A DNA stretch of 64,000 nucleotides from Azolla caroliniana (Eukaryota > Plantae > Polypodiophyta). Below are positions 51,401 through 61,492 of this stretch, piece by piece. The notes under the pieces were generated by a model that was given only the letters and a program-made list of their open reading frames with translations, searched no databases and was not told the DNA's origin. The DNA is taken from NCBI GenBank assembly GCA_043228905.1, contig JBHGNT010000018.1:14570001-14634000 (forward strand). The letters are read 5' to 3'. Numbering within the stretch: position 1 is the stretch's first letter; every line of letters starts with the position of its first letter. Both the position numbers and the translations under genes were made by a program.

Positions 51401-54400
51401 TGCATGCCTTAAGTCCTTTTAATAACGTCGCTATCTTCTCTCTCTCTCTCTCTCTTTTCCTTTAGTAACGGTTACATTATTTTTAGACTATAGTACAAGT
51501 AGGGCCCTATACTTACTCCGCGGATTCCCCAGCTTTGTCTTGTCCGGCGGAGAACGGGTTAGGTGGCGTAGGTCCCAGGTAAGATTTAAGGCGAAACCCA
51601 TTCACCTTTTGTCATAACACTTCCCCGACCAAAGTGCCAAGTTGAAACGTGCCTTGTTCCGCTCCCACTATCCAGTACGGGCCTGTCCAGCGGAATCTTA
51701 ATTTTCCTGGCATTTGCCCCATGTGTGTTTGAAAAAAAAATACCGCTTTCCCAACCGTAAAATCCTTTTCACGCGCATGCCGATGTTGGTTCACAAATGC
51801 TTTGCGCTACCGTTGTTCCTGATCCAATATGGCCATACTGCGTAACCTTGTTTCGCCTAGTTCTAGTAGTTATTGTAGCCGTATTTGTTCGGATTTGCCC
51901 TCTGGCAGCCGGGCTCGTACTTGAATCCGTAGACTGGGTACTTGGAATTCGACAGGCATCACGGCCTCCAGCCCAAATGCTAGCCTGAAAGGCGTGGATT
52001 GTATGCTGGTCTTATAGCTGGTTCGATACGCCCATAACGCACTGTGCAATTTGGTATCCCAATCTGTTTTGTTTTCATTGACTATCTTTTTGAGGATAGT
52101 TTGTAATGTTTTGTTCGTTGATTTGGCCAAGCCATTTTCCTGTGGATAATACGACATACTCTTTTTGTGAACCACAACGTAGTGTTGGGTTAGCTCGCTG
52201 ATGAATGTATTCAGAAAGTGACTCCCTTGGTCACTAATGAACTCGATAGGGTAGCCGAAACGACACCAGATATGTTCGTAAAGGAATTTCACCGTGACTG
52301 CCGCGGTATTTTCGCGTAGTGGTTTCGCTTCTACCCACTTGGTGTAGTAATCCGTAGCCACCAGGATATACTTATTGCCGGTTCGGGCAGCCGCCGGGGT
52401 AAAGGGTCCAACGACAACACTGGTTGTGTGGCATTCTCGCGACTTCCGTGGGTTGGCCCATTCGTTGGCATAAATCGCACTGTTTGCAATATTCATACGC
52501 ATCCTTTTGCGTAGTCGGCCACCAAAGTCCTGCTTGCCAGATTTTTCGGGCCGTAACATCGCCCGCGTAATGTTCTCCTGCCGTACCACAGTGGGCTTCT
52601 TGTAAAACCGCAACCTTCTCATCCTGTCGTATTCCGCGCCTCCAGATGCTATCACTGCTTTTGTGATATAGGACGTTGTCGACTAAACAAAAATTACGAC
52701 TCCGTACGGCCAACCGTTTTTTCTCGTCCGTCCTTAATTGGGGTGGTGGTAACCCTGTGGTCAGAAAGTAGGTCATTTCCATCAACCACTGATCCGGAAA
52801 AGTCTTTTCTGTTCTTTCTGCTAAAGTTGCTCTATGTAGAATGTCTGCATCTGGAAAGAAATCGTCATCTTTTTGCGCCATTTCTCCATTATCTAGTCTG
52901 GTCAAGAAATCCGCCACCACGTGTTGCGTCCCCGGTCGGTGCTGAATTACAAAGTCGAATTCTTGGAGCAACAACATCCATTTGGCCAATTTTCCCGTCA
53001 GTGCCTGTTTCCCCACCAGATATAGCAATGCCGTATGATCCATGTGAAACGTGAATTTCCGCCCTAGTAGATAGTGCTGGAATTTATTGATGTTGTATAT
53101 CATACCCAACGCTTCACGTCCCGTTGTGGAATAGTTACACTCAGTTGTTGATAGTTTCCGACTAGCGTAGTACACTGGTCGGTACCAATTCGGCTCTGTG
53201 AGCTGCATTAACGCACTACCTATTGCTATATCCGAGGCATCCACGAACACGTGAAATGCTTTCACCCAAACTGGTGGTTGTATTATTGGTGCCTGTGTTA
53301 GCATTATTTTTAGTGCATCATACGCCTTCTCTTCCGTTGGTGTCCATTTGAAAGCAGTACGGTGAACGGCAACATGCAATGGTGTGGCGAAATCCGCCAA
53401 ATAGCGTATCATTCGACTGTGCCATCGTATTTGTCCCAAAAACCGGCTGAGTGCTTTCACGTTTGTCGGTGTTTTTGTGTGAGTAATCATGGAGATTTTG
53501 TTCAGATCGACCGCTATCCCCTCACTGACTAGGTGGCCGAGGAGGGCCCCGCTGGTGACACCGAAGGCGCATTTGGCGGTATTCAGGCTTAAGCGTGCAG
53601 TTCGGAAATGCTCTAGGCAAAGCTGTAGATGCGTAAAATGTTCGGCTACTATCCCATATACCGCAAAATTGTCTAAACAGACCTGCATGAAGGCAAGTAT
53701 ATATTCCCCAAAAATCTCCGTGATTGTCCGTTGAAATGTAGCCGGTGCCATCTTTAGCCCGAACATCATGACGACCGCGACATAGACTCCCCAGTCCGTG
53801 ACAAACGCTGTCTTCTCTTGGTCATCGGGGTGCATGCGTACTTGAAGACATCTAGAAAGCTGTACATGTCATTCCCTGCGACGGCATCTAGTACGTTGTT
53901 GGTGAAAGGTAAAGGGAACGCGTCCGTAATGGTTACGACGTTCAATTTCCGGTAGTCCATGCACACACGTATTTTGTCATTTTTCTTTGGTACAACTACT
54001 ATCAGGCTTAGCCATGTGGTTTGTTTGACTGGTCGAATGAATCCGGCCTTGAGGAGTTTGTTAATTTCCTCTTTTACACGAGCTGCGTAATTTGGGTTCA
54101 TGGGGTATCGACATTGCTGGACCAGTTTCGCGTCGGTCGCTAAATTGATCTTATGTTGATAGAACTTCGGATCTAATCCCTTCATGTCCTTGTGGGACCA
54201 AGCGAACACATCTTTATACTTCTTGAGTAGTGCAAGCATCACGTGTCTCTGATCTGGTAGTAATTCTTTTGCGATGGAGAGGAATCGGGGGTCTGACGCC
54301 GTACCCACGTTTACTTCTTCTAGGGCTGAGGCAGCGACTCGTTGTGAAATTTCCATTTCCCTCTCAAATGCCACCCGTGCTCTGCTTAATTCTAATATTG

Positions 54401-56722
54401 ACTCTGGGTCTGGCTCGTAAGTCTCGTCGTGGAGCGCAATGGGCGTGGCGTATTCCGCCACGGTTTCTATGACGTCGATTTCGAATAGCGGAATGATCCA
54501 GGGGTGCTCATCGAGGTATACTTCTAATTCTGTATCATCCACCCCAACCATCATATTTATATCTTCCGCGTATAACGGTGTTATGTCCTTGGGTTGTGCC
54601 GCCATTTCCTCTATTGGTACGAGAACCTTGGTGCGTCTGTGTCGAAAGCTAATGCACTTATGTTGCCATCTCTGTTTGATATTCGCTGAACGAAGCCACG
54701 GTCTGCCAAGCAGCATAGGATACGCTCCTGGGGCGTCAAGGACGAGGACTACCGCCGAGATGTCGAAGCGATGTTTGCCAACGATAATGCCTAACTTGCG
54801 TATTAAGCCTAAAGGTCGTACTGAGCGGGTATTCGCCATGCGAAGCCAAAACGGGCAAGATTCCCATTCTAAAATTCCCAATTGTTCGCATGTCTTCGCG
54901 CTAATTACGTTGACGCCAGAGCTGCCGTTGATTATGCATCCTGTGATTTCCTAATCATGTAATATCAACTTAATAGCCGGATTATGGTGATCCACCACCT
55001 TTGGTTTGGCGCTAATGTTCGTAAAGTTGGCGGAGACGCTTGCCCCAAGTCTGCTTGTTATGTGATCCGCCACGGCCTAGCGGAACCGTGGGAGTAGTTG
55101 AAGTAGCTTCTCCATTGTCAGTGTTATCTCGTAGCCTGTCAGTGCTTGCCATATGGGATCCGGAGATATCACATCTTCCTCCAAAGGCCCCACATTGTTC
55201 GCGGACTCCTGCTGCATGCGTTCCGTATTTGCCGCGTTCGCTTTTTCAACCCATGCTTGGGCCGTTTGTTGTATCTCATCTTGCGCGGCCCAATCAACAT
55301 TTTTTGTTTGTTGTCTTTTCATGACTTGCTGAACTTCCACCATAATCGTATTGACGGCGGGCCCCTTGCCCTTGTGTAGTGGACATTGCGTGGCATAATG
55401 TTTGGGCTATTGGCAAACGAAACAATGGACGCTAGATTTTCCTTTCTCGGCAATTGGTGGCGTGTTCGGATCCCCAAGTGTGACTTGCTCCTCCCGGTCT
55501 TGGTTCGTTCTTCTGAGCATTCACGATGGTTGTCGGCGCGGATCTTGGTGCTGGTCATCGTCTGAACATTCGTCGTACCGCCATTGGTCCCGATACTGAC
55601 GATGTTTCCTGCGAGGCCCATTGAAGCCGCAACGTTTGTTCGTTAGACGGTAATTCTTGTAGCATCGGCCTCCTTTATTATATCTATGGTTGCCTCGGTA
55701 GTCTTCGTCCTCTGGCTCTTCTTCCTCGGAATTGTTGTTATTCCGACGATTCCGATAGTGCCGGTTCTCGCGTGGGTTCTGATCCGTATACCGGGGTTGT
55801 TCTTCTTGATGCCTTTGCTCATTACGGCGAGGTGGGCACTGTGTTTCCACACTTCGTACTGTGGGCGTGGATCTGTTCAACATATTGTACTCACACTACT
55901 CGATCGTGTGTACTTTTGAGTGACCGATGTGGCAGTGAATTCGCATGTTGCATCCACTGCGGAATGCCTAGAATAGAGCCAAATCGTGCACTGGATTGCC
56001 TGGCGAAAATGTCGTTCCTCGTCCTGAGGTAATGCTTGCCGTAATGAGGACATGGAAAACCTTTCCTTTTCTTTGTCCAACTCGAGTTGTAGCGCTCGTT
56101 CTATGACCATATCAGCTGTTTCTCCTTTCGAACTATTGTTGTTGAGTGTCGTCCATATCGGTCGTCGTAAAGCTACCAAAAATGTCTCTCGAGCCTCGTC
56201 CTCTGTCGGGCCTCGTTCTAATTTCCGCTGTAGATTTTGGAAGCGTAAACTAAAATCTGCTATAGTCTCGGCCGACAACTATTTAATTGTATAAAACTGC
56301 CTGAGGATTTTGCGTTGTGGAACCCTCCGATGAAAGAAACGCAGAAAGGCCGACTACAGCTGGTCGAAGGTCGTGATTGCTGGCAGATCCATTTGCGAAT
56401 GCCAAAACGCCGCTCTCCCATTCAGGGTTAATCTGAAATGTGTCATTTTGGACTAGTGTGCTACTTCTTCGGGAAGTCTCTACGCCATGTGATTTGCATT
56501 CTAGACATTCACGAACAGGTGAATGTGGGTTGCGGCGTCGGTTTCGCCGTTGAAGCAAGGATAAGAGAAGGCCATGCTGGACGCTACGGCGGGCAGGGAA
56601 AGACCACAATGCTTCTATGGTGAGCGCAATTCCTGCTTATCGCCGGGGTATTTGGTGAGCGGGAAAATGTCTTTGTGGTCCCAACAGGTATCACTGAGGT
56701 CACTGAGGTGAGGTTTTTGCCG

Positions 56723-56970
56723 TGCACGTTCCTCTGCCTAGCGTGTGATGGACCTTGTGATTGATCGGTCTTGTCGTGTTGGTTCTCTAGGACGTCTGCG
56801 GTAAAACATCCATTCGTCGCTGTTCTTCTGTGAGAAGACACAGATCTGCACGTTCCTCTGCCTAGCGTGTGATGGACCTTGTGATTGATCGGTCTTGTCG
56901 TGTTGGTTCTCTAGGACGTCTGCGGTTAAACATCCATTCGTCGCTGTTCTTCTGTGAGAAGACACAGATC
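56723..56970. repeat. 124-bp tandem duplication next to the G4 PBS
   Basis: 56723-56846 and 56847-56970 are near-identical. Confidence 0.92.
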
Positions 56971-57995
56971 ACCAAGCGTGCCAAAAGTGTTACCGATTAG
57001 GAACATGGTCTATGGTCAGTCCTTCGACCTAGACCTCAAAGTGACTACATTGCAATGAATGGTACCCTCGTACCGTAATACGTTGTCGCGGAATTCCGCG
57101 CCTGCGAGTCGGTCAAACGGGACCACCGAAGTCTTTGACCAAGGAGGATGGATCGGGTGACTTGTGCTTGTTAGGAGTCGACCGTTGTTTAGGTTTACAA
57201 TTGGGTCGTTCTTGTTGTCGAAGATGCTTGTGTGGGTTGACTGAGAGAAAGAGAGAGAGAGAGAGAGAATAAAGAGATTGTGAAAATATTTACCGCACCA
57301 CAAAGATGTCGTGAAGCACGCTACACATGTGCCAAACGTTGCGATGTGTGCGTTACACGTGCGCAGACAAGCACTGGCCTCTATCCGCAAGTGGTGATGG
57401 AAGAGCGAAAGGATTGTTGAAGACAATGGAACGGTGGAAGGATTAGTGCTTGCGAGAAGTATTAAAGATAGATATGGACGAGAATCCCAGCTCCTGGTTT
57501 AAACTTTTGACTTCAAAGTTGAGATACAAGACACATTGCTAATGAGATAACTAGGATTTATTAATTATTATTGATTGCATACATTACTTGATTTCCTTTC
57601 CCTTCCTCTCCTTCTTATATAGATGTCCCCATGCATATGTGCATGTGACGGTGTAGTACATGCATACAATGCATGAAATGCATGTGATGCATGAACGCCA
57701 AATGGCAATCATGCATCACATGCAATGCATGATGACCATGTACCTCAACCAAGCTCTCATGTACCAATAGTTCGTGTGAAAAGTACAATGAAGAAAACAA
57801 GTTTTAAAGGAAATAACCTAGTCTAATGGTATGTCAATTGCCTCCTATCTTAGAGTTTAAGTTCAAACCCTTACTTGTACCTCATTGTATGCGTTAGGCT
57901 TAATTTATATATTTGTGTAATGAACACCTAAACACACATTACACGTGCACATTCATGTGTTTGACATACACATCTAACCATCACTCCTTTCATAC

Positions 57996-60900
57996 TGTGA
58001 AAGTGTTTTTAGAATTCAAGGTATTGAAGTCTACAAGAATATAAGGTATGGTGCGTTCACATCCGGAGGGCAAGATCACGAGCTAAGGTCTTGAGGATAA
58101 GTCAAACAAAAAGCAAGTCACGTGGAGAAAAGTAAAAGAAGAAAAAAGCGGGCACCAAAATGCAGTCTACAACGAACGCTCATAACTCATTCGTTTGGAA
58201 GCCAAATATAATGTGTAAATATGGGTTAGAAAGCTTATGACGAGAGCTATCCATAGGTTTTTAAAGCTCTAAATTTAGAGCTTCTACGAGGGAGATATGA
58301 CGATTAGAAGATCGTTGTATCATAGCTAAGAATAGGAGATGGAAAAGCTGTAAAAAAAGCGTGGAAAAGAAAGCAAGCGAAACTTATCTACTAGAGGAGA
58401 ACTTCATATAAAGCAAGAAGAGTGAGGTGGTGAGGGGTTCTTTTTCTTGTGTTGTTTTTCTTGCCTATTCATGTAGTATGTTTTTCTAGTGATCAATTCA
58501 TCTTTGTAGGCTTGAGTTTATGTATCTTCTTTCTCTTGTTTCTATGATCATCACTCCTTATTAATATATCTTTGTAGATTTGGGTTTCTATATCTTCCTT
58601 CTCTCTCTTTTCTATCATCATATCTCTTTTCAATTTTGGCGCTCCAGGGAGGGTCGATCCTTTCCGTATAACGGGAGGAACGGTTGCCCACTCATTGATG
58701 GTTGGATCTACCGATTCATCATCAAACTAATGGCAAGATATGGAGTTCGCGATGCGACAGATCTACGAAGAGAACTTTTCCAATTGCGTATGGTTTCACC
58801 AATGTGCTACCTCGAGTATGAGAAGACGTTTTTGGATATATGGTCCACTTGGATTGGACTTGTTGGAGGCGTTGAAGATGTATACTTCAAGATGGAAAGA
58901 TTCAAAGTAGGGCTAGATCCATATTTTCAATATGAAGTGCATATGAAGTACCCAAGGTCTTTCCATGATTTGCTTCGAGTATGTCAAAGTTATGATCAAC
59001 AATTGAAGAAGTTGTTATTCGGTGAAGCATATGGAGTATCGGCGTCATATACCATAAATCCAAGCTATAATAATTGTGGATCGGTCATGAGCCAACAACC
59101 AGCCTACTTGCAATGTCCGATTCAACAGGTTCCCTCATATCATTATTCTAATTTTTGGAGTTATAATGATGTCTATGAAGGTGATTCCAGAGACAATGAA
59201 GAAGAGGTGATGAATGTGGAGTTCCCCCATCTAGTTCATGAGGACAACCATGATATAAAGAATGATGATGTGAAAGACGAATCTAATGAGATTGTTATGA
59301 GAAGCGATGTTATGGATGGTGATGCCAATGTACATCATGTTGAGGGCATTATTGATACAACAAGCGATATGGTGGTTGATGATGAATATGTGCAAGATGA
59401 AATGGAAGATATGACAAAAGAAGTTGTTGATGGTGAAGTACCCACAACGAAGTTGCAAGATGAAGAAGGTAACCTAGAAGTGATAGCTGGAGATTGGCTT
59501 TTGGAGATCAATGCGTGTAAGGAAGCATTGGTAAGTGCCAAGTTGCAATGTATGAAGGTGTTCGTGCATGATTTATGTTTTGGATTTGCATTGAGTAGCA
59601 ACAAAGTTATGTGGGCATCAACTCTTCAACAACAATTTGATCAAGAGCAAAGAGAATTACTTGCAATGCATGATTGGAGTATCATGAACTTATCACCATC
59701 AAAGGATCCACCACAACTAATCAAATGTATAAAGGAGAAGGAATCATCTATCGACAATGGCAATCAAGAAGAGGAAAGCATAACAATTGATGAATCTTCG
59801 TGGGATAGGGAAAACAAATCATTCCACATGGTGTCTAAGGAGGAAGAAGAAGTCATTGAAGAGAAAAGCATTATCACCTTGGAGAAGATGATTTCAAGCT
59901 ACATCCAAGGAGAAGAGCATCTAAGGTTTAGTTCTTTTCTTTTTGAGTTTCCAAAATTACTCATAAATGTCTATTCACATATAAAAGGAGAAGGTTGCTT
60001 CAAAGACCTTATCAAATTGAAGGTACCAATTGCCCAAACTCTTCAAGAATCTAAGGTTGTGCAAAAGAAAGATCATAAAGCATTGTTACAAGAGAGTTTC
60101 ATTTATCATATGGAGAATTTGAAGTTTGTCTCACTTATTGTGGTTGTTCCAAAGGAGAAAGACGTCAACTTCCAACCCTTGAATGATTCAACCAAACGAG
60201 ATTTATTTTTGCTTCCTTTTCGAGATGAGAGTCTAGATGAAATGGTCATACATACAAAACAAGGTAATGTGAAGAATGTGGTGTGCCAAGAAGAAAGTCA
60301 TGTTGATGAAGCAAAGATCGACGTAATTCAAAATATGACAATTCTGACAAGTCTCGAAGCTTGGAAGGTGTTTGTGCAAAAGGTTCGCTCGCTCGAAAGA
60401 TTTATTCATATGTTAACATGCTTACTTCTATCAAGAGTTATGTATCACATAGACCTACTTCTGTTTGGAAAGTTGATGAAGATATACTAATTGTTGTAAC
60501 CTCTTTCTTTGTGTTGACAAGGAGAAAGATGGTGATGGCAATTGTCAATGTGTATGTGTGTGTGTTTAGAAGTGTGAGGTTTTTCCTATCGACTAGCGGG
60601 GGTTTTACTCACATAGTTTGTTTCTTTTCTATTTATTTTCTCCTTCTTTGTCTATAGCCATGAATAAGGCGAAGGAGAACCTTTAGTTTTATTAGTAGCT
60701 TAGGGTTCACCATAAATGGTTCACCAAAAAGCAAGGGGGAGGGCTAAATGTGAAAGTGTTTTTAGAATTCAAGTTTTTGAAGTCTACAAAAATATAAGGT
60801 ATGGAGGATTCACATTTGGAGGACAAGGACATGAACTAACATCTCGTGGATAAGTCCAAATAAAAGCAATAAAGATGGAGAAAAGTTAAAAAGAGAAAAA

Positions 60901-61492
60901 GCAGACCACCAAAACGCAGTCAGAAACAAATGCTCATAACTCTCTCGTTTGACACCCAAATATCACGTGTAAATATGGGTTAGAAAGTTTATGACAAGAG
61001 CTATCCGTAGCTTTTTAAAACTCTAAATTTGGAGCATGGATGAGGGAGATATGACGATTAGAAGGTTGATGTGTCATAGCTAAAAATAGGGAGATAAAAA
61101 GCTTCTAAAAATAGCATGAACGTGGATAAGAAGAGGAAGGTTATAAAAGAAGAAGTAATATTAGTGAGAAGGGGGCGAAGAGTAAAGGCCAAAGAGTGGA
61201 TGAGGAGTGTTAGGAAGAAGTGTCTTTGTGGAAGAGGAAGTGTCTTAGAAGAGGAAGGTCTTTGGTTTTAGTTCAATGTGGAGTTTGTCTCCTTTGTATT
61301 CTCTTGATGTTGGAATATCAGAACATTCTTATTTCTTGCTCGCTTTCTCTATCTTTTTAGTTTCTTGAGTTATACTCTCTAATCATAATTACCTAGAGCT
61401 ATATAATATATTATGATTTTCAACTCCATCTAATCGGTTTGGTCAAGCCCTCATATAGTGTATAACTATCTATTATCTTATACACCCTATCA
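57996..61492 (+). mobile_element. N1: non-autonomous LTR element (5' LTR 57996-58632, 3' LTR 60749-61492), TSD CATAC
   Basis: CATAC at 57991-57995 and 61493-61497. PBS TGGCGCTCCAGGGAGGG at 58637 (isotype uncertain, possibly Asn). PPT AAAAAGCAAGGGGGAGGG at ~60726-60743. Confidence 0.88.
58730..60490 (+). CDS. N1 single ORF (586 aa): diverged gag-like N-terminus, acidic middle, vestigial RT fragments
   Basis: Uninterrupted ORF. SLIVVVPKE..NFQPLNDSTKRDLFLLPFRDESLD resembles gypsy RT motifs, but there is no YxDD-type motif. Confidence 0.65.
   Translation: MARYGVRDATDLRRELFQLRMVSPMCYLEYEKTFLDIWSTWIGLVGGVEDVYFKMERFKVGLDPYFQYEVHMKYPRSFHDLLRVCQSYDQQLKKLLFGEAYGVSASYTINPSYNNCGSVMSQQPAYLQCPIQQVPSYHYSNFWSYNDVYEGDSRDNEEEVMNVEFPHLVHEDNHDIKNDDVKDESNEIVMRSDVMDGDANVHHVEGIIDTTSDMVVDDEYVQDEMEDMTKEVVDGEVPTTKLQDEEGNLEVIAGDWLLEINACKEALVSAKLQCMKVFVHDLCFGFALSSNKVMWASTLQQQFDQEQRELLAMHDWSIMNLSPSKDPPQLIKCIKEKESSIDNGNQEEESITIDESSWDRENKSFHMVSKEEEEVIEEKSIITLEKMISSYIQGEEHLRFSSFLFEFPKLLINVYSHIKGEGCFKDLIKLKVPIAQTLQESKVVQKKDHKALLQESFIYHMENLKFVSLIVVVPKEKDVNFQPLNDSTKRDLFLLPFRDESLDEMVIHTKQGNVKNVVCQEESHVDEAKIDVIQNMTILTSLEAWKVFVQKVRSLERFIHMLTCLLLSRVMYHIDLLLFGKLMKIY

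Larger units (their letters stand above)
47987..57083 (-). mobile_element. G4: near-complete gypsy element (3' LTR 47987-48456; 5' LTR 56988-57083 interrupted by W2) with gag, PR, RT, RNaseH, IN and ORF2
   Basis: Matching tgttaccgattagg LTR ends. Decayed PBS TGGCACGCTTGGT at 56971-56983. RT FPLPFTNNVLDAVAG, RNaseH FVDASDIAIG, IN ILVATDYYTKWVEA/SDQGSHF. ORF2 ~51140-48504, frame-disrupted. Confidence 0.92.
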
